Program-made: the position numbers and the translations under genes
From: Alphaproteobacteria bacterium
Lineage (GTDB): Bacteria; Pseudomonadota; Alphaproteobacteria; UBA828
DNA: 64,000 nt
Reading direction: 5' to 3'
Assembly: GCA_965214705.1 (NCBI GenBank)
Contig: OZ243972.1
Span: 3,648,001-3,712,000, forward strand
Notes under the pieces: generated by a model
Told to the model about the DNA's origin: nothing
The model's input: only the letters and a program-made list of their open reading frames with translations
Database searches by the model: none
Shown: positions 46,290-55,961 of the stretch, one piece after another
Position numbering within the stretch: the stretch's first letter is position 1
How the letters are laid out: each line of letters begins with the position of its first letter

Positions 46290-47594
46290 ATGAGAATTCG
46301 TCATCTGTTGATCGGAGTCGCCGCGGCAGCGGTGGCGGTCTGGTCGCTTACGACGGCAGCGCCCGCTGCCGACCCAATCAAAGTCGGTTACATCGGTTCC
46401 TTCGATACCGACACCGGCAAGAGCACGATCCGGGGCACCGAGATCGCCATCGAGGAGCTCAACGCCGCCGGCGGCGTGCTCGGCGGGCGCATGATTGAGC
46501 TGGTCATGGCCGATACGCGCGAGGACGTGCAGGAAGGCATCCGGGCCTACGAGTATCTCAACGAAGTCGAGAACGTGGACTTCATCATCTCGGGCTGCAT
46601 CGACGACGTGTCGCTGGGCTGGCTCGAGCGCATGGCGGAGTACCGGACGCCGACCCTCGACACCTGGACCTCTTACGTCGGCATCATCGACAAGGTCGTC
46701 GAGGAGTACGAGAAGTACAAGATGTACTTCATGAACGTCTCCAACGACTACGCGCTCGCGATTCTCTACGTCGACTTCGGCAAGGACGTGCTCGCCAAGA
46801 AGATGGGCTGGAAGACCGTGTACGTGCTGCAGGAGGACACCGCGTTCGGCGGCGGCGTGTACGAGCTGATCGAGCAGGTGCTGGCACCTGAGGCCGGTAT
46901 CGAGATCATCGGTCACACCGTCTACGACACCAACACGGTCGACTTCGGGCCGATCTACAACAAGGCAGTGGCGGCGGAGCCCGACTTCATCTACTCGATC
47001 GCGGCGGTGCGCAGCCAGGTGCCGGCCTCGCAGTACGTGAAGCTCGAGGTGCCGGTGCCGATGACCGGGATCAACGTCTCGGCCTTTGCTAGGGAGTTCT
47101 GGGACGACACCGGCGGCCTCGGCGGCGGCATCTCGACGCTGAGCCCGGTGCCTTCGATCGGCTCGGAAATCGACCCGCGCACGCAGGACTTCCTCGACAG
47201 GTACGCCGCCAAGTACGGCGATTCGCGGCCGGTCTTCCCGCACTTCAACGGCTTCAACGCCTACTACGGGATGCTCAACGCCTTCGCCGCGGCCGAGCGC
47301 GCCGGCGGCTTCGCGCCGCTCGACGACTGGGTCCGCGAGATGGAGAACGACGACATCGTCATCGAGAAGGACGGCGAGATCTGGCTCCGCTACGCCTTCT
47401 GGAAGCCGGGCGAGATCGAGCCCCGGACCCAGCGGGAGTACACTCACAACATCAAGTTCGACATCAATCCGCCCTATGACGAAGGGGCGCCGTCGATGGT
47501 GGTCATCCAGTGGTACTCGGATGGCACGACCAAGGTGGTCTATCCGCCGAAATACGCCAACGGCGAGTTCGAGGTGCCGGACTGGCTGAAGTAG
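46290..47594 (+). CDS. Liv-type ABC substrate-binding protein
   Basis: Sec signal; DPIKVG, AIEELNAAGGVLGGR. Confidence 0.88.
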   Translation: MRIRHLLIGVAAAAVAVWSLTTAAPAADPIKVGYIGSFDTDTGKSTIRGTEIAIEELNAAGGVLGGRMIELVMADTREDVQEGIRAYEYLNEVENVDFIISGCIDDVSLGWLERMAEYRTPTLDTWTSYVGIIDKVVEEYEKYKMYFMNVSNDYALAILYVDFGKDVLAKKMGWKTVYVLQEDTAFGGGVYELIEQVLAPEAGIEIIGHTVYDTNTVDFGPIYNKAVAAEPDFIYSIAAVRSQVPASQYVKLEVPVPMTGINVSAFAREFWDDTGGLGGGISTLSPVPSIGSEIDPRTQDFLDRYAAKYGDSRPVFPHFNGFNAYYGMLNAFAAAERAGGFAPLDDWVREMENDDIVIEKDGEIWLRYAFWKPGEIEPRTQREYTHNIKFDINPPYDEGAPSMVVIQWYSDGTTKVVYPPKYANGEFEVPDWLK

Positions 47595-47609
47595 GCGACG
47601 TTATCGTTT

Positions 47610-47638
47610 CCGGGCGCGGCCTCACGGGTCGCGCCCGG
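47610..47638 (+). terminator. Hairpin after substrate-binding gene
   Basis: CCGGGCGCGGCC...GGTCGCGCCCGG then TCTAATTT. Confidence 0.55.
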
Positions 47639-47742
47639 TCTAATTTGTCTGTAGCCTGTCTGTAGCCGGCCGGAGCAGACCATGTTGGCGCTGCTTCGGC
47701 CGTTACACGAATGTCGATTCGACGGCGGGTGAGCCGACCCGG

Positions 47743-48597
47743 ATGGCGCTCCAGATCCTGATCCAGGGGTTTGTCCTCAGCGGCCTTTATGCGCTGATCG
47801 CCGTCGGTTTCACCATGATCTTCAGCGTGGGCCGGGTGCTGAACCTCGCCTACGGCGTCTACATCATGCTCGGCGGCTACATCTACTACGCTGCCCTCCA
47901 GGGGGCGGGGCTGCCGGTCTTCGCGAGCTTCATCCTGGCGATACTGGCTGGCGTGACCTTCGGCCTGCTGACTTACCTGCTCCTGGTCCGCCGGCTGGAA
48001 GACAACCCGATCGCGGTCGAGATATCGACGCTGATTCTCGCCGTCGTCATGCAGGCGCTGATCGTGGTGATCTTCGGCGCCGCGCCCAAGACCATGTGGC
48101 CGGTGATCCGGGGCGTGCTCCGCTTCGAGGGCATCTCGGTCACCATGAACATCCTGCTCGCCACGGGCGTGAGCTGGATCGTGCTCGGCGGCCTCATGGC
48201 CTTCGTGCGCTACACCCACCTCGGTCGCGCGATACGCGCGGTCTCCATGGACCGCAAGGGCGCGGTGATCTCGGGCATCGAGCCGAGCTTCATCAGCATG
48301 GTGACCTGGGCGCTCTCCGGCGCCTTCGGTGCCATCGCCGGGGTCTTCTTCGCGACCTTCACCCAGCTCGACTCCCACATGTGGGTGTTCCCGCTCATCA
48401 TCTCGGTCGCCGTGGTGATCGTCGGCGGCATCGGCAGCATCGTGGGCAGCCTGATCGCGGCCCACATCATCGGCTTCGTGGAGACCATTACGACCACGAT
48501 GATCGCGGCCGAGCTGCGCGGCGTCTCCACCATGCTGCTGATCATTCTGGTCCTGTTGATCCGGCCCAAGGGCCTGTTCGGCAGGGCGGAGCTCTGA
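47743..48597 (+). CDS. LivH-like permease
   Basis: YALIAVGFTMIF, LNLAYG, GRAIRAVS, GGIGS, RPKGLFG. Confidence 0.9.
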   Translation: MALQILIQGFVLSGLYALIAVGFTMIFSVGRVLNLAYGVYIMLGGYIYYAALQGAGLPVFASFILAILAGVTFGLLTYLLLVRRLEDNPIAVEISTLILAVVMQALIVVIFGAAPKTMWPVIRGVLRFEGISVTMNILLATGVSWIVLGGLMAFVRYTHLGRAIRAVSMDRKGAVISGIEPSFISMVTWALSGAFGAIAGVFFATFTQLDSHMWVFPLIISVAVVIVGGIGSIVGSLIAAHIIGFVETITTTMIAAELRGVSTMLLIILVLLIRPKGLFGRAEL

Positions 48598-48600
48598 GCC

Positions 48601-49554
48601 GTGGCCATCGACCGCGAGACCCTGCGCTATCTGGGCTGGTGGCTCGCCTTCGGCGTGCTCATGTGCCTGCTGCCTTTTGTGGTCGGCACCGGCACGCTGC
48701 GCATCCTGATCTTCGCCCACTTCCTGGCAATGTTCGCCATGAGCTGGGATTTTCTCTCAGGCCGGACCGGCTACATCAGCTTCGGCCACCCCTTCCTGAT
48801 CGGCATCGCCGGCTACACCACGGCGATCCTGAGCTTCCGCTTCGACGTGCCGATCTACTACAGCATTCCGGCGGCGATCGTGGCCACCATGGTGGGCGGC
48901 ACGCTCTTCTTCCTGCCGGCGTTGCGCATCCGCGGCACCTATTTCGCCCTGGTGACGCTCGCCTTCATGGAGATCCTCTACCAGCTCACCAAGGTGGTGG
49001 CGCCCAAGATCACCGGCGGCACGCGGGGCATGTCGGGCCTCGAGTCCATCGTCACCGGCGCCGTCAACAACTACTACCTGAGCTTCGGCATCATGTTCGT
49101 GACCGGCGTGGTGCTCTGGCTGCTCATCCGCACGCGGCTCGGAATCGCGCTGAGCGCCATCAGGATGAACGAGGAGGCGGTCCGCAGCACCGGCCACAAC
49201 ACCACCAAGCTCAAGCTCTTCGCCTTCACCGTGAGCGCGGCGGTCTCCGGCATCGGCGGCGCCTTCTATGTCCACTACATCGGCTCGATCGCGCCGCGCG
49301 GCATGTTCGAGATCAACTTCCTGTTCACTATCCTGGTGGCCGCGCTGCTGGGCGGGGCGGAGACCATCATCGGCCCGATCATGGGCGCCTACTTTCTGAC
49401 CGTCCTGCTCGAGTATCTCAGGCCCGTGATGCCCGGCATGGAACGCTACCTGCTCTACGGCGCGATCGCGCTGGTGCTCTACGTGGTCCGGCCCGAGGGC
49501 ATCTACAGCATCATCGCCGACGCCGGCCGCAAGGTGCAGGAGTGGCGCCGATGA
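48601..49554 (+). CDS. LivM-like permease
   Basis: GYISFGH, LRIRGTYFALVTLAF, TGG, RPEG. Confidence 0.9.
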   Translation: MAIDRETLRYLGWWLAFGVLMCLLPFVVGTGTLRILIFAHFLAMFAMSWDFLSGRTGYISFGHPFLIGIAGYTTAILSFRFDVPIYYSIPAAIVATMVGGTLFFLPALRIRGTYFALVTLAFMEILYQLTKVVAPKITGGTRGMSGLESIVTGAVNNYYLSFGIMFVTGVVLWLLIRTRLGIALSAIRMNEEAVRSTGHNTTKLKLFAFTVSAAVSGIGGAFYVHYIGSIAPRGMFEINFLFTILVAALLGGAETIIGPIMGAYFLTVLLEYLRPVMPGMERYLLYGAIALVLYVVRPEGIYSIIADAGRKVQEWRR

Positions 49555-50294
49555 TGGCAGCGACAAGCCCGCTGCTGGAGGTGCGCGACCTCCACATGAC
49601 CTTCGGCGGCATCCGCGCCGTGCAGGGAATCTCCTTCCAGGTGGCGGAAGGGGAGACGCTCGGCCTGATCGGACCCAACGGCGCCGGCAAGACCACCGTC
49701 TTCAACATGATCATGGCGGAGCTCAGGCCCACCAGCGGCGAGATCTGGTTCAAGGGCGAGAACATCACCCGCGTGCCCACCTACGAGCGGGTGAAGCGCG
49801 GCATCGCGCGCACCTATCAGGTGCCTCAGCCCTTCGCCGAGATGTCGGTCGGCGCCAACATCCGCGTCGGCATGGCGCCGGACGACATCTGGAAGCTCGT
49901 CAGCGAGGGCGCGGACCACGCGGCGGAGGCAGACATCGGCCGCAGCGTCGGCTTCTCCGACGAGCAGATCGACATGCTGCCGAGCGAACTCGCCATGGGC
50001 GATCTGCGCCGGCTGGAGATGGCGCGCAACGTCGCCGTCGCGCCCACGCTGCTGCTGCTGGACGAGGTCTTCGCCGGCCTGACGCTGCGCGAGATCGGCC
50101 AGATTTCCGAGCTTCTGGTGGAGAAGAAGCGAAAGGACGGGCTCACCTACATCATCGTGAGCCACGACCTGCGCGCGCTCGCGCCGCTGGTGGACCGGGT
50201 CATCGTGATGTCCTTCGGCGAGATCATCGCGGAGGGCACCTTCGACGACGTGGTGCGCGACGAGGCGGTGCGCGACGCCTACCTGGGGCAATAG
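49551..50294 (+). CDS. LivG-like ABC ATPase
   Basis: FGGIRAV, GPNGAGKTT, GIARTYQ, LLLDE, AYLG. Confidence 0.9.
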   Translation: MMAATSPLLEVRDLHMTFGGIRAVQGISFQVAEGETLGLIGPNGAGKTTVFNMIMAELRPTSGEIWFKGENITRVPTYERVKRGIARTYQVPQPFAEMSVGANIRVGMAPDDIWKLVSEGADHAAEADIGRSVGFSDEQIDMLPSELAMGDLRRLEMARNVAVAPTLLLLDEVFAGLTLREIGQISELLVEKKRKDGLTYIIVSHDLRALAPLVDRVIVMSFGEIIAEGTFDDVVRDEAVRDAYLGQ

Positions 50295-50315
50295 GGGCGG
50301 GGAGGGCAGACGACC

Positions 50316-51020
50316 GTGGCGCTGCTGAGCATCGGCGAGCTCGACGTCTTCTACGGCCGCGCGCAGGCGCTGCACGGCGTCTCGCTCGAGGTGGAAGCCG
50401 GCCAGATCGTCGCCGTCGTGGGCCCCAACGGCGCCGGCAAGTCGACGCTGCTCGACTCGATCATCGGGCTCACCCGGCGGCGTGGCCGGATCGAGTTCGA
50501 GGGCCGCGACATCAGCCGCATGGCGCCCGCGCGGATCGTCCGCCTCGGCATCGGCTACGCGCCGGAGCGCGGCAACCTGTTCCCCTTCATGGGGGTGAAG
50601 GAGAACCTGCTGGTCGGCGCCTATCACAAGCGCGACGCGATCAATGAGAATCTCAGGACCGTCTTCGATCTCTTCCCGCGCCTGGAGGAACGGCAGAAGC
50701 AGGAGACCGCGACCCAGTCGGGTGGCGAGCGCCAGATGGCCTCGCTCGGCAGGGCGCTGATGTCGAGCCCAAAGCTCCTGATGGTCGACGAGCCGACGCT
50801 CGGCCTCGCGCCCAAGGTGTGCCTTGAGATCGCTGCTGTGCTCAAGGACCTCAACGAGCGGCTGGGGCTGACCATCGTGATCACCGAGCAGAACGCGAAC
50901 TTCGCCATGAGCCTCGCGCAGGAGGTCTACCTGCTGGAGACCGGCCACATGGGCGAGAAGCGGACGCCGGAGGAGCTGCGCAAATCCGCCGACATCGCAG
51001 CGGCCTATTTCGGCGACTGA
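50316..51020 (+). CDS. LivF-like ABC ATPase
   Basis: GPNGAGKST, FPRLEER, SGGERQM, DEPTLGLAP, EQN. Confidence 0.9.
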   Translation: MALLSIGELDVFYGRAQALHGVSLEVEAGQIVAVVGPNGAGKSTLLDSIIGLTRRRGRIEFEGRDISRMAPARIVRLGIGYAPERGNLFPFMGVKENLLVGAYHKRDAINENLRTVFDLFPRLEERQKQETATQSGGERQMASLGRALMSSPKLLMVDEPTLGLAPKVCLEIAAVLKDLNERLGLTIVITEQNANFAMSLAQEVYLLETGHMGEKRTPEELRKSADIAAAYFGD

Positions 51021-51056
51021 GGGCCGGGCAGCGGCAAGAAAAAGCCGATGGGCCGC

Positions 51057-51647
51057 TTATTTGGCGTCGGATTTCTTCTGCTTGGCGATCAGTTTTTCTT
51101 CGGGCGTCCTGCCCCGGCCGATATGAAACCGGTCGACGAATAGGGGTCTTTTCGCCCCCTCCCGGTACCAGCTCATCACCATCGGCACGCCTGCCATTCT
51201 GAACAGGCCGATCTGCGGACAGCGGCGATCGGTCTCTTTGGCGAGCTCCTTCACCCGATCCGTCTTCTCGCGGGTCTTCACATGAAGATCGAAATTGATC
51301 TGCTCGTACTTGGGCTGCAGATGAAGATCGAAGAAGAAGCCGCGGATATCGATGAGAGAGCGGATATCGGTCCTCAGGTCCTGATACTTGAAGCCCTGAT
51401 CGCGGGCCACCACGGTGATGGTGATCGAGGTGCAGGAGGCGAGAGCGCAGAGCTGAGCGTGGACCGGGGTCCAGCCGCGTGATTTTCCCTGAAGATCGGG
51501 AGGGTCGCCGATATCGAAGCCTTCGGGCTCGTCGAACATAATGGAGGGCTGGCCGTCGAAATAGCCCTCCACGCGCATGTGCTCGAAGGATTTCGTGCTC
51601 ACATCCGAGATGCCGATGTAATCCGGATAGCGCGCTTCCCGTTCCAT
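51057..51647 (-). CDS. OsmC/Ohr family protein
   Basis: DEP...TP...ALASC and RCP (two-Cys pattern). Confidence 0.75.
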   Translation of the reverse strand: MEREARYPDYIGISDVSTKSFEHMRVEGYFDGQPSIMFDEPEGFDIGDPPDLQGKSRGWTPVHAQLCALASCTSITITVVARDQGFKYQDLRTDIRSLIDIRGFFFDLHLQPKYEQINFDLHVKTREKTDRVKELAKETDRRCPQIGLFRMAGVPMVMSWYREGAKRPLFVDRFHIGRGRTPEEKLIAKQKKSDAK

Positions 51648-51725
51648 GGAGTGCTCCCTTCCTCCCGTTCGTACAAGTCGTACACGGCGCTCAGGCCGCC
51701 AATATTCGCGTTGTCGGGCGTCCCC

Positions 51726-53558
51726 CTAACGGCGGCCGAAGAGGCGCTCGATATCGGCGAGCTTGAGCTCCACGTAGGTCGGCCGGCCGTGGTTGCACTG
51801 GCCGGCGTGAGGTGTGGCCTCCATCTGGCGCAGAAGCGCGTTCATCTCTTCCGCGTTGAGTCGGCGGCCGGCGCGGACGCTGCCGTGGCAGGCGAGGGTG
51901 CTGCACACGTCGCCGAGGCGCTGGCGCAGCGTCGTCGCCTCGTCCCAGTCTGCGAGCTCGTCGGCGAGATCGCGCACCAAACCCTGCGTATCGCCGTTGC
52001 CGATAAGCGCCGGCACCTCGCGCACCACCACCGCGCCCGGCCCGAAGCGCTCCAGCACCAGGCCGAGATCGGCGAACTCGCCCGCTCGCGCTTCCAGCCT
52101 GCCCACTGCCGTCTCGTCGAGCTCGATCACTTCCGGGATCAGCAGGATCTGGCGCTGGATGCCGGTATCGGCGAGGGCGGCCTTCATGCGCTCGTAGACG
52201 ATGCGCTCGTGGGCCGCGTGCTGGTCGACGATCACGATGCCGTCATCGGTCTGGGCCACGACGTAGGTGCCGTGCACCTGCCCGCGGGCGACGCCCAGGG
52301 GATAGGCGGCGGAAGGGCCTTCCTCGGCCTCGACCGCCGGCGGAATGGCCTCGTCGGCCGGCGGCGGGCTCTCGATCCGGGCGGAGGGCGCGTCCAGCGG
52401 TGCCTGGTAACGGGTCTGGGCCTCGGCAAGCAACGGCGCGTGCGAGGGCGGCGGCGCACCGTAACCCCGATCTGCCGCAGGGCCTCCGCGAGCGGCGCCG
52501 CTCCCCTGCGGCCTCATGGCGGCGAGGGTGTCGTCGGCGACCGTGGTCGCGGCGTGATGGCCGGCGGCAGCGAGCGCCCGCTTGAGTGAGCCGACGATGA
52601 GCCCGCGCACCAGCGCCGCGTCGCGGAAGCGGACCTCGGCCTTGGTCGGGTGTACGTTGACGTCGACCATATCGGGCGGGAGATCGACGAAGAGCGCCGC
52701 CATGGGATGACGCCCGCGATGCAGCAGGTCGGCGTAGGCCGCGCGCACGGCGCCGTGCAGCAGGCGATCGCGCACCGGCCGACCGTTGACGAAGAGGTAC
52801 TGGTGCTGCGCACTGGCGCGGTTGAGGGTGGGCAGCGCCGCGTAGCCGGTGAGCCGCGCGCTTTCGCGCTCGGCGTCGATGGGGAGCGCGTTCTGGGCGA
52901 AGTCGCGGCCCATGACCAGCGCGAGGCGCGCGAGGCGCCCGGCCGGCGCATCCTCGTGGGGCCCGTCGCGCAGCAGCGTGCGGCTGCCGTCGGCCAAGGT
53001 GAAGCCGACGGCCGGATGGCACATGGCGAGGCGGTTCACGACATCAGCGGCGTGGCCCGATTCGGTGCGCGGCGCCTTGAGGAACTTGAGCCGTGCCGGC
53101 GTCGCGTAGAAGAGGTCTGCCACCGTCACGGTGGTCCCCTGCGGGCGGGCGGCGGGCGTGGGGGCGCCCGGCTCGCCGCCGGCGGCTTCGATGGACCAGG
53201 CGTTGTCCGACTCGGCTGCGCGGCTCGCGAGCGTGAGCCGGCTCACCGCAGCGATGGAGGGCAGCGCCTCGCCGCGGAAGCCCAGGGTCGCGATGGACCA
53301 GAGATCGCCGTCCTCGGCGAGCTTGGAGGTGGCGTGGCGGGCGAGCGCCAGCGGCAGCTCGTCGCGGCCCATGCCGCGGCCGTCGTCGGCGACCCGGATG
53401 AGCCGGCGGCCGCTTTCCTCCAGCGTGATCTCGATGGCGCGCGCGCCCGCGTCGACGGCGTTCTCGACCAGCTCCTTGACTACCGAGGCCGGCCGCTCGA
53501 TCACCTCGCCGGCCGCGATGCGGTTGATCACGCCTTCGGGCAGGAGACGGATCGTCAT
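51726..53558 (-). CDS. mutL: DNA mismatch repair endonuclease MutL
   Basis: [41 protein letters not shown]. Confidence 0.97.
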   Translation of the reverse strand: MTIRLLPEGVINRIAAGEVIERPASVVKELVENAVDAGARAIEITLEESGRRLIRVADDGRGMGRDELPLALARHATSKLAEDGDLWSIATLGFRGEALPSIAAVSRLTLASRAAESDNAWSIEAAGGEPGAPTPAARPQGTTVTVADLFYATPARLKFLKAPRTESGHAADVVNRLAMCHPAVGFTLADGSRTLLRDGPHEDAPAGRLARLALVMGRDFAQNALPIDAERESARLTGYAALPTLNRASAQHQYLFVNGRPVRDRLLHGAVRAAYADLLHRGRHPMAALFVDLPPDMVDVNVHPTKAEVRFRDAALVRGLIVGSLKRALAAAGHHAATTVADDTLAAMRPQGSGAARGGPAADRGYGAPPPSHAPLLAEAQTRYQAPLDAPSARIESPPPADEAIPPAVEAEEGPSAAYPLGVARGQVHGTYVVAQTDDGIVIVDQHAAHERIVYERMKAALADTGIQRQILLIPEVIELDETAVGRLEARAGEFADLGLVLERFGPGAVVVREVPALIGNGDTQGLVRDLADELADWDEATTLRQRLGDVCSTLACHGSVRAGRRLNAEEMNALLRQMEATPHAGQCNHGRPTYVELKLADIERLFGRR

Positions 53559-54853
53559 GGCTCGGACTCCAGGTCGCGGCGCGCCAGTTCCTTGCCCCGT
53601 TCCACCGCCGGCTGGTCGAAGGGATCGACGCCGAGCAGGTGCGCGGCCACCACCGTCTCTAGCATGAAGTGCATCATCAGGGCACCGACGGCATGGGCGT
53701 TGGCCGCCGGGACGCTGAGGCGGCGCACCGGCCGGCCGGCGTCGGTCAACATCGTGGCCGTGGCCCGCGCCTGGGCCGCGATCAAATCGCCCAGGCGGTG
53801 CCCGCCCAGGTAGCCAGCCCCGATCGCGTCGGCCAAGGCGGCGTCCACCCTGCGGGGTGCGGTCTCCGGCGCTTCGAGGATGGTGAAGAGGTTGCCGCCG
53901 GGGCCGTCCAGGAAGAGCTGCAGCTGGCTGTGTTGGTCCACCGGGCCGGGGGCCAAGATCGGGGTCGAGCCCAGCCCGTCCTTGCCGAGGGATTCGGCCC
54001 AGAGCTGCCGGTACCACAGTCCAAAGTGATAGAGGTTTGGGCCATAGGGCATCAGCACCACGCTGGCCGCCGGCCAGGCTTGCATGGCGGCGACCGCGAC
54101 CGCGGCACCCATCGCCGGCGCCGAGTCTTCGGGCGTGGGCGCTTCCAGAGCCGCGCTGAGCACCGCCTGGGCGCCGTCGCGGGCGATCGTGCCGTACACC
54201 CCGGCGAACATTGCGGGGAGCAACCCGACCAGGGAAAGTGCCGAGAACCGGCCACCGAGCGCCGGGTCGTGATCGAGGACCGTGAGCCCGAAGCGCGCGG
54301 CGAGGCGGCGCAGGGGACTCTCGCCAGGCTGGGTAATGACCGCAGCCACGTTCACGGGCTCCGTACCGCCCAGCACGAGCAGCGCTTGCGCGAGAGTCTC
54401 GGCGGTGGCGCCCGATTTCGAGATGACCAGGAACCCGGTGCTGTCGAGATCCGGCCCGCTCAACACCCGATCTAGGCGGTCGCCGTCGCCGTTATCCAGA
54501 AACAGCAGCCGTTCGCTCTCCGGCTCGGTGGCGGCGAGTGCCTGACCGCCCAGGTTGGCGCCGCCGGTGCCGAGGACGACGAGGCGGCGAAAGCGGGCGC
54601 GCCAGTCGCCGGCCAGGGCCACCAGCGCAGCGAGGTCGTCACGCGCATCGGCGTACGCGAGGAAGGGCTGCGTTCCGGCCGCGTGTGCGCGCCGCAAGTC
54701 GGCAAGCACACGCCCAGCCTCGGGCAACAGCCCGTCGAGCGCGTCTCGCGCGATCCCACCGGGCCCGACGGCCTCGACGAGGCAAGTCGTGATGTCCTGA
54801 TGCACGGCCGGCGCGACGGCGGACGGCGCTCCCTCGCAGCCCTGCCGGGTCAT
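53555..54853 (-). CDS. pgi: Glucose-6-phosphate isomerase (short type)
   Basis: [43 protein letters not shown]. Confidence 0.88.
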   Translation of the reverse strand: MTRQGCEGAPSAVAPAVHQDITTCLVEAVGPGGIARDALDGLLPEAGRVLADLRRAHAAGTQPFLAYADARDDLAALVALAGDWRARFRRLVVLGTGGANLGGQALAATEPESERLLFLDNGDGDRLDRVLSGPDLDSTGFLVISKSGATAETLAQALLVLGGTEPVNVAAVITQPGESPLRRLAARFGLTVLDHDPALGGRFSALSLVGLLPAMFAGVYGTIARDGAQAVLSAALEAPTPEDSAPAMGAAVAVAAMQAWPAASVVLMPYGPNLYHFGLWYRQLWAESLGKDGLGSTPILAPGPVDQHSQLQLFLDGPGGNLFTILEAPETAPRRVDAALADAIGAGYLGGHRLGDLIAAQARATATMLTDAGRPVRRLSVPAANAHAVGALMMHFMLETVVAAHLLGVDPFDQPAVERGKELARRDLESEP

Positions 54854-55450
54854 TTAGAAGAGGTCTTCGAGAAGCGCCTTCTCGCGCCGCTTGATCGTCG
54901 GCGTCTCACCCGCCGTCACGGGCTCGCCCGCTTCGATGTTCCCGCGCAGCCGCTCGGCCTCGGCCTCCGCGTCGACCACCTCGCCCGGCGGCTGCTCTTC
55001 CCGCCAGAACATGAGGGATTCGACGAAGCTCTCGTCTTCCGAAGCGTAGCCCGAGAACTCGCGGTCGACGATCCGCCGGATGTTCGGGTCCACGTCGGCC
55101 GCGTCCGCTCGCTCGATGAAGGCGGTCTCGCCGCTCGTCGCGGTCGGGCTCCCGGCAGAACCGGCGCCGGACTCTTGCAGCAAGACACTCTCGGCCTGCT
55201 CGCGCACCGAGGCCTCGTTGGCGTTGGGCGCGCCGGGCCGGGGCGGGCGCAAGGTGAGGTCGGGCGGCAGCGTGAGCGGTGCGCTGCGCACAACCGCGAA
55301 CTCGTCCGGCGCATTCTTGCCCAGGCCGAAGGCGCTGCCGATGTTGTCGCAGGCGGAAAGCGACGCCGCCAGCGCCAGAGCGCCGAGGCCCGCCGCAATG
55401 CCGCGGCCAACGCCCCAATGCCGGATCGTTCGGTGTGCCCCTTGCCTCAT
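54854..55450 (-). CDS. DUF3035 family lipoprotein
   Basis: LSAC lipobox; PDEFAV, PLTLPP, LRPPRPG. Confidence 0.82.
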   Translation of the reverse strand: MRQGAHRTIRHWGVGRGIAAGLGALALAASLSACDNIGSAFGLGKNAPDEFAVVRSAPLTLPPDLTLRPPRPGAPNANEASVREQAESVLLQESGAGSAGSPTATSGETAFIERADAADVDPNIRRIVDREFSGYASEDESFVESLMFWREEQPPGEVVDAEAEAERLRGNIEAGEPVTAGETPTIKRREKALLEDLF

Positions 55451-55926
55451 GACTCACTTCTAGGCGCTTTCCGCGGCTTCATCAAGAAGCCGTGCACGAT
55501 CAGCATGACGACCCCTACGGTGATCGCGGAATCCGCAAGGTTGAAGGCTGGCCAGTGGTAGCCGCCGCCGTGAAAGTCGAGGAAGTCGATGACCCAGCCG
55601 AGGCGGAGGCGATCGACCACATTGCCGATCGCGCCCCCGATCACGAGACCGAGGGCGCAGCCCTGCCAGCGGGAACGGCTGCGGTGCAGCCAGACGACGA
55701 GCCCGACCGAAATTGCCAGGGCAAGGCCCACGATCAGCAGCATGCCGGCGCCCTCGCTCTGAAACAGGCCGAAGCTGATGCCCTTGTTCTCGGCGGGAAC
55801 GAGATTGAAGAAGGAGGTCACCTCGATGCGCCGGAGCGGATCCCACAGCGCATCACGGGCGGCCCACTTGGTGAACTGATCGGCGGCAATGGCGGCGGCC
55901 GCGACTACCAGTCCGAGGCGGAGCAC
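55447..55926 (-). CDS. lspA: Lipoprotein signal peptidase II
   Basis: ADQFTK, NKGISFG, GGAIGNVVDR, AFNLADSAI. Confidence 0.95.
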   Translation of the reverse strand: MLRLGLVVAAAAIAADQFTKWAARDALWDPLRRIEVTSFFNLVPAENKGISFGLFQSEGAGMLLIVGLALAISVGLVVWLHRSRSRWQGCALGLVIGGAIGNVVDRLRLGWVIDFLDFHGGGYHWPAFNLADSAITVGVVMLIVHGFLMKPRKAPRSES

Positions 55927-55961
55927 GGCCGCCGTTCCCGAGCCCGGCGCCGCGCAGCCGG

